A stretch of DNA of 63,267 nucleotides, counting the filler, from Rhabdomonas costata (lineage: Eukaryota), in the NCBI GenBank assembly GCA_019059605.1. It is 15 parts of 15 records of this genome, joined end to end, with 100 filler letters (N's around TTAATTAATTAA, not from the genome) between each part and the next. Parts side by side here need not be neighbours in the genome. Positions count along the whole stretch, not along the records: positions 38,127 to 42,234 come from JAHMHO010000358.1; positions 42,335 to 46,436 come from JAHMHO010000359.1; positions 46,537 to 50,628 come from JAHMHO010000360.1; positions 50,729 to 54,828 come from JAHMHO010000361.1; 11 more parts are not named here. One strand, given 5' to 3'. How positions within the stretch are numbered: the first letter of the stretch is position 1; each line of letters starts with the position of its first letter. Below are positions 38,457 through 51,328 of this stretch, in pieces. The notes below the pieces were generated by a model that had not been told where the DNA came from, searched no databases, and was given only the letters and a program-made list of their open reading frames with translations. The translations under genes and the position numbers were made by a program.

Positions 38457-41200
38457 CTGTTGATAAGCACGTTGTCAGGCTTCAGGTCCCCATGAATAAT
38501 ACCGTTGTTGTGCAAGTACTGCAGCCCTGACAATGTCTTAAAAAAAGCGAGTTGAAAAAACTCATGCAGTGCGCAACAGCAATGTGAAAAGGTAGCCCAC
38601 ATCAAAGGATGGAACCTGCCGGGTGATGCACGACAAGATGGGCTCCGGAAAAATCCCTTCGCATTCAGGAGGCAGCAAGCTAGGGGAGTCGAGAACGGAA
38701 ATTAAGTTTTCCAGCGAGCCCACATTCATGTATTCCATCATGAAATGAACTTGGGGTGGGGCCAAGAACATCTGCAAAAGAAGAACGAAGCAGATATCGC
38801 AGGATCCAGAGGCAACAAAAGAATATGAAATTGTCACTGCGAAAAATGAACCGACAGCGCAAAATTCAGATTCACATTCGCCGTAGTCATGTTTGGATGT
38901 TCACTGGAAGCCGGACGGAAAACCAAACGTAAAAGTCAACAAACCGCCATTCTCGTGATGGATGTTCTTCACCATGTCCCGGAGTTCTCGCTGAAACATT
39001 TGTTCTGGTGTTGCGGTTCCCTGGGGAAGCACAGAACAAAAAGTACCCCTCATCAGGGTAGGGGGTTGAAGTTGAAGAACAAGTTGAAGTAGAAGCACAT
39101 GTACACGCAAACGCAACCCACTTCGCCAAAACCAAAACGACTGTTTTCTGGGGAAGACTCGCGTTTCTCTGGTGGGCTTACCCAGCGGGCCTCAAACCCT
39201 TCTCTCTCTCCTCTACACCTCGCTGCCTCTCGTTACCCCGGAGAGTTTACAGTACTCGGGTTTGGTGGTTTGGATTTACTGTGAGTTGCTCCTGCGTGCT
39301 TGCACAGTGGTAGACTTTGGTGTCATTCACGTGATTGGTGTGCTTGGTGGTGTGTTTGGTGGTTTATGGTCTTGATGATGTGGCAGTCGTTGCTGATCCT
39401 CTGTGGTGCCTCTGGCGCTTCGATTTATTCCCTATTCGCTTTTAACTTTTGGTGAAATTCTTTCCACCTACAACCCCACAAAAAAATGGTGCAGGGAGAC
39501 ACTTCAAATGTCGAATAAAATGAAAATGCCTTTCAGAAAAAAAAAGGTCGATGAGATTGTCGAGGACGAGGACGAGGTGACCTTGGAGAAAGCGAGGCAG
39601 AGACAGAGCAGATTTTAAAGTAGCCGAGATGATTGCCAACAAAGCGAGGTGGCCAAGCACGCAGTAACAGCAGACAGTGCCAGTGGACATGAGCATAGAG
39701 TGCGACGCACGCCGTCCCTGGCAAAGCGGAAAGTACCCGGCTAAGGGAGGCCCGACCAGTCTCCCCCAACGACGCCACCGGAGCCGAGAACCCAAATCGT
39801 CAAGTTGCGCCAGTTGTGAGGGCAGGGCACAGCAGAATCCAGAGTGAGACACACTCCATACTCCCCCCCCCCTTATGAATGACGGCCGACGCCTGAAGTG
39901 CATGGGGGAGAAATGGTAAGCAGAGCGGAGAGAGCCCCATGATGGTGGAGGAGATCAAAGTCATAGTGTAGAAACAGAATTGGCTGACATGGATTGAGGA
40001 TTAGAAAGAGAGGAGGCGGCCGCGGAAAACCGCGAGAATCACCACGAGCACAGGAATGGACATGGGGAGAGAGAGAAAGGAGAACGGTGGAGTCGATGGT
40101 AGCTGTGGGGAACAGCAACGACGCGAAAATTAGAGAAGAGCAGAAAAATGGGCAGCAAGTTGAGTAGAGGTGGGTCGGTGAACTGAAGCAGAGGGAAAGC
40201 GATACAAATTGAAGAAGGATCGGGAAGACCCGGAATGAACAGCAGAGACCAGGGAGGCGACCACGACGACCAGATCGAGCAGGTGGAAAGGGGCTGGGGA
40301 GCGACGGGAAGCACACAGAGAGAAAGAGAGCAGGCAATGGCATGTGTGTGTTTGTGTATGTGGTGTACGAGCGCGGAGGGTTGGGCGCCCGTGAAGAGTA
40401 CTCTAAACGCGCCAGTCGGGGTTCCCAAGGCCCCGCGTACACCCACGTTCATACGTCCCGAGGGGGACACGAACACCAACCAGCACCTAAACCGACACCT
40501 AAATCTACACAGAAAACAAACCGCAACACATACACTTTCACGTTGTGAGCGGGTGGAAGTTCACCACAAAGAAAGCCACATTAAACCACAAAGTCAGACC
40601 GAAACCACCAAACCACACCCCAAGTCCCACCAGCACCACAGAACCTACAGCAACCGCGAACACGCTTGGAAACACAACCTACACCGAAACCCGCAAAACC
40701 CAGCAGCACAGCAACACCAGCAGCCAACAGCATGCAATGCACTAAATGATGTCAGCAACGTGGACCCTGCTGTGGTGGCTAACGTGATCTTCGGCATCTC
40801 AGAAGTTCCGCTGAGCATGATGTGCTATGTTAGTTCTGCTGGTGTGCATTGAACACAGGCTCGACGCAGACGCCAGATGAGTGGAAGCCCAAGACAGTTG
40901 TTTTTGCGTACCAGAACAACAGCAACCAACACAAAACAAAAAACGTGAGCTATTCAACCGCTTCCAGGAAAGTCGTTTTCAGCGCGAACATTTTCTGGCT
41001 CACGATGTTCAGAAACTGGCGAACTGTAATGTAATAAAAAAACATCGAAAGCTGGTGCGCGAAGTAAAGAGTAAAAAACATTCGAAACCGAGCAAACCTA
41101 TAGCTTGAGTTCCGCGGCCGATCGATCTCCCAATCTTAAAATTGGTGAAGTCAGAAAAAGACGCCTCCCCGGGGGTGTGCCAGACTGCCTTGATGGAGAC
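38457..41200 (-). CDS. STE7/MAP2K-like protein kinase, N-lobe to catalytic loop; exons about 41200-41098, 41023-40959, 39020 to about 38945, a probable micro-exon near 38836, 38771-38616, 38536-38457
   Basis: FKIGRSIGRGTQAI|VRQFLNIVSQKMFALK...|QMFQRELRDMVKNIHHEN...|VHFMMEYMNVGSLENL...PEPILSCITRQ|TLSGLQYLHNNGIIHGDLKPDNVLIN. Most junctions are GT-AG and phase-consistent. Confidence 0.85.
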
Positions 41201-41765
41201 CGAAGCATCCGGATTGTGCGCAGGTTCAGGTTGCCTTATTCGAGAGACAAAAGTGCAGAAAAGGTAGTCAATGGGGGTCATTCTCCAAAAAAAAAAAAGA
41301 ACTTGAAACCGTCACCAAAAACATTCAAACACATAGCCATTTTCCCCCGTCACTTTTTGCTCACTCAAATAACAAAGAAAAAAGGGCAAATTCAGGGGCA
41401 TGCCAGACGATCGCCGAAGGAATCCGATTTACAGAAGGAATTTTCGTAACCTTGAACTGCAACAGGTAACAAAAAACCGGGAACTGTCAAGCCGGCAGAC
41501 AATAAAACTATTCGACCAGTTGAATAACATTGCCTAAAAGGCGGGCACACAAGGCGCCAGATGCAGTTGTCCCCAGTTGTTTGACTGTGCATTCGAGTGC
41601 GCTGGTGACTACACGACTTCTAGGACCTCGTGAGGCTGGTTCTGTGTTCTGAGGGTCAATCCGCTCCCTCCTTGTCCCACAGCTTCAGCAGTTGGAAAAA
41701 TTAAATCAAGATCAAGCTTCTGGGATCTTGGATGGAAAGGCAAGAAGTGGCCCAGTGCACGCACG

Positions 41766-41890
41766 TTGCATAGCTTCAGCTCCCGGGGCTCCGCCAGAGG
41801 GAAAGTTCCCAGTGCGCAATGCGCAACGGTCAGCCCAAGGTTCCAGATGTCCGCCTTGTTACCATGGGGTTCACGTCGAACCTGCTCGGG
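41766..41890 (-). CDS. Kinase C-lobe exon (subdomains VIII-IX), MAP2K-like
   Basis: CAG|PEQVRREPHGNKADIWNLGLTVAHCALGTFPLAEPRELKLCN|GTGCGT. Confidence 0.8.
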
Positions 41891-42837
41891 CTGAGCAAAC
41901 CCATAAATGACCAACCATACAACAAAATTCCAATGCATCGTATCGAACCTCAGCGTGTCGTCACAGCGCACCACAGTATACGCCACAGCAAACACTGGCA
42001 AATAGGTGTGCGAATGAGTTGCCTTAAGTAGGAGCGGGGGGGGGGTAGCGGTTACCAGTGGTAACAGAAAAATGACGTTTTGCCCGTCCCCAAAGCACTT
42101 CGGGGGGGGGGTCTCACAGCCGTTTTACATCTTCACGTCTGTCAATAATACACACACGCACCTGATGGCCGACCTAATCCATGCCCGAAGCCCCGCCGCC
42201 TTGGCTGACCCAAAAACCCTGCAGCCACAACAAANNNNNNNNNNNNNNNNNNNNNNNNNNNNNNNNNNNNNNNNNNNNTTAATTAATTAANNNNNNNNNN
42301 NNNNNNNNNNNNNNNNNNNNNNNNNNNNNNNNNNTCTTCGCTTTATTTCCCCACATTTGGGTTCAATGCAGTGCTTCTCGGCTACATGCAACTCAAAGTT
42401 TTCCGTCTCTCCACAGAAACGCCATGTCAGGGGGTTAAACTTATGGCACTTTCGCTGAACCAGCACCTTTTCCATGTTGCTGAATAGGTCCTTCCAGTGT
42501 CCCAGTACGTGTGTGAAACGCCTCCGTATGCGCGTTTTCGGTGCGTGCGTGCTGCCTCATAGGTCCCGGAGCGTCTGTACATTCTGTGCCAACGCGTTTT
42601 TTATTTCCTTTAAGTATTCACTTGGCGATAGAACAGTACTTAACCCCGTGATGCCGAAAAAAAACTTATCCGAAAATGATTGATACCTCCCTTTTCTTCC
42701 CTGGTCCCATCCACCTTCCTCCCAGAAGAAATCAGTAATTGTCCCCAGCCCGAAGTATTGCTGGAGCCAGGGAGGTTCTGCGGACCGCTGATCCCTCACT
42801 CGCCTCTCTTTGCTTTCTGGGGTGTCCACCGCGGCAG

Positions 42838-45571
42838 TTGCCGAGGTTTTGCGACGACTACGTTCTCCCGGACAACTACACTGCCCATGTGCTGGCCCTA
42901 ACCCACAGCACCGTGTGGGCCCCGCAAGATGGCCATCCCTTTAAGGTAACACATGACACGAACCGGTGCCTGGTTGGGACCTCCCTCCTGCTGGAATACT
43001 CCAAGGACAGCCTTCAGTCCTGCCCCCCAGGGTGCGCAGGACCCGTGCGGGAGGTGAAGGCGCAGCTCCTCGGCGCTGATCTGCTGCAGGTGTGCGCTAG
43101 GGTACACCTCAGGCACTGCCGCCGCAGGCTCGGAAGTACAATACAGTACAGTCCGCCAAGATCTGGGGTGACGGCCCTTCAAGCATGCTATGTGTGTGAT
43201 ACCGAAGGAATGCCGAAGGACGCCTTGGCTCGCAGGGAACTGCGGCCACTGGCTGGGGTTGTGTGGAACACGGATGGGAAAAGGTGAGCCTTTCCCGCTT
43301 TGTCTGAGGCTCGGTTGGTAGTTGCTCACGACCGCCGTAGTTTGGCTGCCGGAATCTGCTACAAATGGTAGCAATGGGGTTTTTCTACAAGGCATAGCTT
43401 CACTACTGTACTCCCCCTAAGTGGGAACACGAGCAAGGCTTCCTAACCCCCTGTATGATGTTTATTGGAATTCCTGAAGCCTGCAAAGGGTCCAAACCCC
43501 TTTTTCTGAATAAAGGGAATGAAAAAAGAGGCCTAATCACTGAAAATAGCCGTCCCGAATGTGCTCGCACATTTTCAAAAGGGCAAAACCTTCTATTGGA
43601 ATCCCACGGATTACGTGCACCGCCCCCTAAACCCCCGCAAAAGCTTTTATTGGAATCCCACGGAATACATATACCGCCCGCTAACCTCTTGCAAAAGCTC
43701 TTATTGGAATCCCAGGGAATACGTGCATCGCTCCCTAACCCCCTGCAAAATCTCCTATTGGGATCCCAGGGAACGCGAGTAATAGCTATACTGGGGTATT
43801 ATAGCCATAGCCTGCCGCAAACCGCATTCTCGCACCACATTTTGGGCATTCAGCTCTGAATGCCCAAAATGTGGTGCAAAAGTAGGCACAGCAATCTTGT
43901 ATTTGCTGAGCCATTGCCTCAGTTTTCGATCTTCATTCACAATCTTAAGACATCATGAAGCGTAAGCATCGGCAAAAAAAATCCTCTTCCACACAGGGGG
44001 TGTACACAGGTGAAGGAGTGCCTTCAGGTTACTAGGTTGTTCTGTCCAATAATACTGCTGTAGATTCTACTGTGGCGTTGCTCTGGTGCAGAGAGGAGCG
44101 GGAGATGTGGTGGTGTGAGCTTGTGGATGCTGTTACTGGTCCTGGGTTTCAGTTTTCTGCATTTTCCCCCAGCGTGTTTTTTCACACAGAGCGAAGTTAT
44201 TACCCGGAAGGGCCTTGTTGAATGGGTGGAGGCTGCTGTGACAGTGCGGGGTCACCCGAACTTCGTCTCCGTTCTGGACATCCTGTCCGACTCCAGACCA
44301 CGCGCGATGCTTATAATGGAGCACCACTGCTTAGGTGCTATGCGCGTGGTGCTAAACCGGCCTTATGGGAGTGGACTCCTTTGTAGTTGCTGCTGTTGTT
44401 TTGCTTCACCAGTGTCTTCCTTCATTGACTGTTTGAAAGCTTTTGTTATTGTTCCTCCCTTCAAACTGTACTGTTTTCCCGCATTCACATTCTACTCTTC
44501 TCTTTGCATTTCTGCGGCTGTTGTGTGCGCCGGACTTTGACCACTGGACTAACCTGTTTCTTGTTGGAACCGGCCTCATTAATCTAATAGCAATGCCCAC
44601 AGCCCGCAGAGTTAACTGGGTCTCTGCTTGTGTTTTGAGTGGTACACCGGAAGGTTTGGGGACGGAGGAGTTTTGACCGGAGGACGTGTCCCCCAAACCC
44701 CCCAAAAGACAAAACTATCAGGACCATCCTCTCATCCCAATTGTCATGGAGTGGCTCCCATCATTGTCTGCTTGTAAATTATCGTTGTAGCAGTAGTATT
44801 CTCCCAAAAGTTGCCTGGCCCTTCGCTGCAGATTTGGAATCCCTGTGCGCTTCGGGCCAGTACAGGCTTCAGCCGGGGCAGTTTGTGCGGTTGGCTTACC
44901 AGTTGCTCTACGCCCTCAACTTTCTCCACGGGGTTTCTCCGACGCTCTTCGATTGCGGCTTTTTTTCTTTGCAATTTTTTTCTTGCAGTGGGATATATCT
45001 GTCCTTCAGGTCGCTGCATCCAAAGCATTTGGGTATGTGGGTTCGGGATACTCTGAGTTATTGTGCCAGTTGGGTTTAGAGCGTGGCCTCAGTAGTCAGG
45101 CCGAAAATTGCAGCCCTGCATTCAGGCCCCACAACGGGAAAAGAGGCTTTCTGCAACTGACCTAACTCAGATGTGAGACTCAAGTTACTTCTCTTGGTGT
45201 CTGCTCGACGAAATCTCCTTTTTTATTTGGGAAGGCCGGTCTGTTTCACGGTCACCTTACCCCGCGGAGCATCGCCGTGGACAAACGCACGGCGGAGCTC
45301 AAGATCGAGGACTTCGGGGCCCCCGTGAGCGCGGAGTACTTCCTGCCGAACTGGAGTGCCCCCGAAGTGCTGCAGGGTGAAGCTCCCACTCCGGCGGTGG
45401 ACATCTGGTCGTGCGGGACGATTATCGCTCAGCTGCTCAACCGTAGGAAGGCTGTGGTGGTGGAAGAGGCTCCTGGTGGCTTACTGAAACTGCACGAGAA
45501 GTTTTGGCACCCTCCCGTGTTCCCCGGCACCACCACTGCGGGGGTTTTGGGGGAGATCGCGGAGCGCCCAG
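42838..45571 (+). CDS. CMGC (MAPK/CDK)-like pseudokinase, partial; exons 42838-43283, about 44091-44150 (tentative), 44190-44334, 44832-44932, 45235-45571
   Basis: GHPNFVSVLDIL...MLIMEH, YQLLYALNFLHG|AGLFHGHLTPRSIAVD...LKIEDFG...WSAPEVL...AVDIWSCGTIIAQLL...PVFPG. Borders are GT-AG. Confidence 0.8.
43589..43775 (+). repeat. Intronic minisatellite, about 54-bp unit, about 3.5 copies
   Basis: The core TATTGGAATCCCA(C/G)GGA recurs at about 43594, 43648, 43701 and 43756, with homologous intervening sequence. Confidence 0.9.
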
Positions 45572-46540
45572 GTGTTCTTTCTCTCGGGACACTCACCTAA
45601 CCCAAAAAATTGTCTGCGTCACCTCAAAAAGTCACAACCGAAAAAACTGCAATCTAAAACAGGCACTTTCGCTAAAAATGGGGAGGGGGCTGTTTTTCAG
45701 CTGGAGCTGTTTTTGCCACGTTTCGGCCTGTTCTTTGTGTGTCTACCCCAACCTTTTGCTTTTTAGATGGACGTGGGCCATAATTTGTCGGTGGAGGGGG
45801 GCGTAACACCCTCGATTAACACCTTTCAACACCAAAGTTTTCCTATCCCGGGGGTTAGGCAAAGTGTGCGAAGTTAATTTTCCATGCAGCTGACGACTTA
45901 GTCAGAGTTAGTTAGAGTTAAAGTTAAACGATTTTTATTGACCGTTTAATGGCGTTGAACGTTAACCTCCCCCCGTCCCCCAAATACAACCGTCCACTTT
46001 TTCTTGTGCTATGGTTAGGCGCTGGTGGTTAACATGGGTTGCGCCCAGCTGCATATCTGTGTGCGCTGATTACGGCCATGAGCCGTGATCGTCCTGTTGC
46101 GGTGACGTTCGGCCCGTTCATATGGATAGTGAACCATGCAGTGTTGGGCAGTGAACGTCACTCAGCGGGGTTGAATAGCGGGAAACGGGTCGATGAAACA
46201 CACTTCAGCCTCAAGAGTGGATCGTGGCTTTGGTTTGGTTCTGCTTACGGATGACGCAATTGCGTGTAGGGTAAGCGCAAGCATTACGGCCCACTTCGGG
46301 GCCGGCATGACGCACTGCTGGGCTCTAACTAGGTTCTCCAAGACCGGCCGACTTCTGCTCAGTATGCAGGCCTGCAAAGGCCCAAAAAGGGCACCCAGGC
46401 CCTTCACATTATTTCTTTCATCAATTTCGAAAACGANNNNNNNNNNNNNNNNNNNNNNNNNNNNNNNNNNNNNNNNNNNNTTAATTAATTAANNNNNNNN
46501 NNNNNNNNNNNNNNNNNNNNNNNNNNNNNNNNNNNNTGTT

Positions 46541-46728
46541 GTTCGGATCAACATCTTCAAGGAGCACCGCCAGACGGTGCAGTACATCTCCCCCTCCGAT
46601 GCCATGGGAAGAGGAATCGCTGCGGCCTCATCAATCACCACAAGCTCGGCCTGCGCAAACTGCAGGGCATCGGAGGGGGAGATGTACTGCACCGTCTGGC
46701 GGTGCTCCTTGAAGATGTTGATCCGAAC
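46541..46728. other. 63-bp inverted duplication at a contig end (fold-back chimera)
   Basis: 46541-46603 is the reverse complement of 46666-46728 and truncates NAT10 in mid-exon. Confidence 0.85.
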
Positions 46729-49700
46729 TACGGCCTGCGCACACACGTGCAAGAGGAAGCGGAATTTCTGAAGCTGCTTCTAGAGGTCCAGAGGAGATGG
46801 GCCCACCATCCCCCGTCCGTGAAACAGCCACGATTAAGAGGAAATGGGGAGTGGGGGGTGGGATCCATCTCTCCATCTCCACAACGCCAATCCTAATACA
46901 AATCTGCTGTCTTCTAAGGTCGCCGCATGAATCTGGGGGCATTCGAGCTGATCTGACAATGACCGTCCACTACCACCAACACAAAAATGAGTGTTTCCTC
47001 AGCTTCTGCCCTTGCCACCAGATGGAATCCTCACACTTTCGTTGTCGCAGTTGAGCGGAAAATGCCGCAAATGTGCAGACAGATGCGCGATCCAGTATCT
47101 TGACAACGCGCATTGACAGTGTAATGTGCAAACGGTGCTGATGCCGGCGTTATACCACATTCTTTGCTGAGGTTCTCCCGGTAGCACAGCAAAATACATC
47201 CGGCCGATTTCTTGGTTCAGCACAAAAAACTGGAGCAAGAAAAGCTGAAGCCAGACCGGTGTGAATACAAAGCCGAAGTGAGGAATGATTTCGCGGTTGG
47301 TCCAGAAGCGGAGCTTGAAGGGGGGGGGGTGCGCAGAGGACCTTGTTAAACTCTGGGTTGGTGCTGGTGTGGACCTCGTAGTGGTCGCGCTCCTTGTACT
47401 CCATCTCCTCCAGGCCGCGCACCACGAAGAAAAAGAACGCCTTGAGGTTCTCCGGGGTGGGCGCCGTGACGAAGATGTTGGAGAAGCCCTGCTGCAGAGC
47501 CCCCGCAATGGCCAGCCCCATCGCCGCGGACTTCCCTGCAAAGGAGCGTCGAAGCCTCACATTTGAGACATATGGCCCACCACTGTTTTCGTATTCACCT
47601 GAGACCAAAAGCAGACACTTGCGAGAGATGGACGCGGCGAGGGGTCTGTTGTCTGAATTTCCAGAATGAGAGCCCAATTTAAGGGAAGGGGGGGGGGACG
47701 GAAATCACCGCTTAAATCAAACCTTCATAAGCAACAACAGTGTTCTTTGCAAGCGAGTGACATGGGAAGGAAAGAAAAGCAGAGTGCATCTGCATTGGGA
47801 AGCAGAAAGGGACCAGCGCAGTACCTGTCTGTAAATTGCAACAAGCACGGTATCCATCAAAAAAATAGGAGAATGAAGCCTCCTTCGTTCTTTCACGCGG
47901 AGAAATACAAACCTTTGGCACACGATTTCAGACAGATTCCAACAAATTCCGACCGAAAATAAATCGCCCGTTTCAGAATGTACTTTCCGCACGGCGGGAG
48001 GTGAAGGGAACACCTCGTCCACGGGCGGCGGTGATGACCGCAGTAGTGCGCATCGACTTGTCCCTCTCCACAATGATCGCCATCAAATCCATGACTAGTT
48101 TGGCCTGGTCCATGGTCTTCGCAATCTGGATCAATGGGCCTGTGTAGTCGGAAGGTTCACAGCACCAATGCAACGTGAGGCCAACACAGAAAATGCCGCA
48201 TGCATCTCATTTCAATCGCAAAACTCCAACGAAGTGGTTCTTTGATTTAAGATTACTGGTCAACGTCACTGTGCTTTCATTTCGTTTGCCTAAAGAAGAG
48301 CCCCCCCGATCCAACGATGTCACTGCGTAAACCGATGATGGGGTTGCCCTTGAGGGCCTGTTGAGTCTGCAGCAACTCCCTCTCTGCGGCAGTGCGGTGA
48401 CCGTCATGCACCCCGGGGTCCACAGGGGCGATCTTCGCCACGGCAGAGGTGAAGGGGATCTGTAAAAAAAACAAAAGGAAGAATCGGAAGGAGAATTTCC
48501 ATCTCGAACAGGCCGCGGCAGGACGTTGTTGACTTCAACGCGTGTCTGAGAAGAATGCATTGCGCGCTCTCTGGGGGCAGGTGCACACCACGTTGAGCTC
48601 GTCATCGACAGAGAGGAAGTTGCTGAGCGTGCTGAATGAGAGCAGGAAGCGCTCATTGAACCGTGGCTCAATGAAGTGGAACTTAGCGGTGCGGTAGCGG
48701 GCGTGGATGTCCATTGTCATCGTGTACAGGGCCTTCAGACTGGGCAGCGTGCGAATCAGCAGGGCCACAATGCCCCCGCCCTCGACCTACACAAGAACCG
48801 AGCCTTAGCCAATCGAGGGTTAGCAAACGGTTCAGCCACATGCAGGTGCACAAGCACGTATCCAGAACGCATCACTGCCAAATGCCGCCATCATCACGAC
48901 ACAATTTCGGTTTGAAGAGACCATGGATAGGAGAAACCGCTGCGCTGCTGACACGAGTTCTGCCAAGTGCACACCTCTCACCATTCACCATGACCAACAA
49001 GGGACAGGATTTGGAGCGCAGCGCGGGGGGCACACCGTCTCCACGGTGCGGGCGAGCAGATTCGGGGTGAGCGTCTCAAAGTCCTGGATCACCAGCATCC
49101 CAAAGGTGTTGCCGAGAATCTTGTAGGTCTCCTTGTAGTAGCAGTATCGTATGGTGGTCTGCGACAGGAAGGCCTCGTAGTTCTCATCCAGCGGGTCCTG
49201 CTTCAGCTTTTTCTCCTCCCGGTGACGCTTCCGGCGGTCTGTGGGACAAAGGCAATGAAAACCAAAAGTAACCGTAAACCACCATTCGATTAGAAAAAAT
49301 GAGAAATCTAAATTAGGTACAGGCAGGTACCGGAGCTGTGGATGGCCAGGTGCTTCTTATACGTCCACAGCACAGTGGGGTTGCTCTTCCCCGCCTTCCG
49401 CAGCATGTGGTGCAGATTGGCGATGTGCAGATGGGCTGGAAAGCCAGAAGAGAGAGGTCTCAAGAAGAAGACAAAGGTGCGCAAGAAAGATGGCGCGGCA
49501 GAGATGAATACTTTCAGGCGAGGGGATGTAATGCTGGGTGTGCGTGTGTGCGTGTGAAATCTCAGCAAACGCTACCCAGCAACGTCGAGGCAGGGCAGGT
49601 CCACCGCCTTCTGACGTTCAACTTTTCTTTTGCAAACATACGCTGAGGTGGGTCGGTGGTGCACCGCACATTTAGTGCATTAGTGTCTCGTTCCCTCCAC

Positions 49701-50018
49701 TGTCTCCTCTAAAAGAAGAATTCTCATTTCAAACACCGCTGCACAAAGGTGCTCGAAAGACAAACAAGAAGACAAGCAAGAAGGCAACCTTCGGGGCCCA
49801 AAGCATTATGGAGTTATAATTCCAACTTTGTGACTCAGGGAGCTCTCTAAGTCCTGTGACCCTGGAAAAAGCAGGAGGATGGGCAGTAGCGCATGGGAGA
49901 CGCCCCCACCTCGATCGCCGATGATCAGGAACACGGTGCGGTGCTTGGTCCGCACGCCATTCTCGACGAGGGTCCGCACACGGTCGTCGACTTTCTTTTT
50001 GGTCGCGGAGACCTCCAT
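46604..50018 (-). CDS. NAT10: RNA cytidine acetyltransferase NAT10/Kre33, 5' part; exons 50018-49910, 49435-49331, 49238-49036, 48786-48589, 48459-48333, 48139-48014, 47535-47342, 46734 to about 46604
   Basis: KKKVDDRVRTLVENGVRTKHRTVFLIIGDR, VLWTYKK, IRYCYYKETYKILGNTFGMLVIQDFETLTPNLLARTVETVEGGG, RFNERFLLS, TAARGRGKSAAMGLAIA, NIFVTAPTPENLK, LVVIDEAAAIPLP. All introns are GT-AG and in phase. Confidence 0.95.
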
Positions 50019-50993
50019 TTCAAACACACACGGAACGACAAAGCGAGAGGTCAAAGGACCCCCTGTGGCGACGTGAGCACTCAATGGGTGCGAGCGAAGG
50101 CGGAAGGCGAAAGCTGTGGTATATCGCTCATGTGTATGCATGGCAATAAATTCTAAATTCAGCACAACGCTTTCAGCTAACAACAATCACCCTGACTGGA
50201 AACTGGACGACATTCCGACTGGAAACTGGGCAAGGAGCAAGCAATTGAACGTTGGGCTAACAGAAGCAGGATGCGTAATGCGCATCCCAATCACAGAAAC
50301 ATATCAGATGGGGCACAACACTGAATAGGAGCTTGTCAGGAAAGAAGCTTTTGCTTCGTTCATGTGCCAGGAACGTGGTGATGACATGGATCCAGACCAT
50401 TGCAGGCGATACGGGCTCCTGCCAGTGTCTTGGGTGAAGTCAAAACCGACCAAGCAACAGTAACACCAAGAGGAAGCCGCACCAAAGCAGCAGGGAAAAA
50501 GGTTCATTCCAATCAATGGGAATATCATTGGCGCATTGGGCTCAGTGCCCATCCCCCAGCAGACGCAATCAAAAACCCAGTCTGAGAAGTGAACTTGATT
50601 AACACCAAACACCAACCACACCCAACACNNNNNNNNNNNNNNNNNNNNNNNNNNNNNNNNNNNNNNNNNNNNTTAATTAATTAANNNNNNNNNNNNNNNN
50701 NNNNNNNNNNNNNNNNNNNNNNNNNNNNAATCTTGATTCAAGTGCAAGGGGGTTTGGAAACTTCGCGCTTCAAAGTGCAGTCCTTCCCAGGCGAGTCAGC
50801 CAACCAAAACTGATGCTGGCTAAGAATCAGCATGTACCGGGAGTTGGACGGATGAGAGGGACTGCATTAGTTTCGGGGCAGAGGCAAGGCGGGACCGTGG
50901 CCATGGAGCCCCAGGAAAAGCTGCAACCAACAGCTGAGGGCTAATACCCCCTTCCTAGTTCTATTGCAGCCAAAATAAAGGAGCTCCTCATAC

Positions 50994-51328
50994 GAGGTCA
51001 ATGCCATCCGCCCCAAGCCGAGTTGCCAGCGCAAGCAGACTGCTGATCAGCTGGGGCTTCAGGGTGGAACTGCCCATGATCAGAGACAGCGCCGCACCAG
51101 ATGTGTTGTCCCCACCCCCTAGGCTCAGCAAGGTCTTCACCCCCGCGGCATGAGCTTTCGCGAACAAGTCCTTTACAAGGGCCTCTCCTGCAGATGTGGT
51201 GCCCAGAAAGAAGGTGGTGTCCAACGTGAAGCTTCCGGTGGTGGCTTGAACTAGCACAAAGGCAGCCGCGACGTGGGTCATTTGAGCGTAGTTGACGGCG
51301 CTGGGAGGTTGCGTCCCACTGGACCACC
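50994..51328 (-). CDS. Glycoside hydrolase family 18 (chitinase-like) exon
   Basis: THVAAAF...AHAAGVKTLLSLGG...LISSLLALATRLGADGIDL|GTATGA shows the GH18 SxGG motif and the start of DxxDxDxE, split by an intron. Confidence 0.85.

Noticed and set aside
43589-43775. CRISPR-like array (conserved core with regular spacing)
   Set aside because: The intervening segments are homologous to each other, there are no cas genes, and it lies in a eukaryotic intron.
46541-46728. Regulatory hairpin or antisense RNA of NAT10
   Set aside because: It is a perfect copy of exon sequence at a contig end that truncates an essential gene, which is typical of an amplification fold-back.
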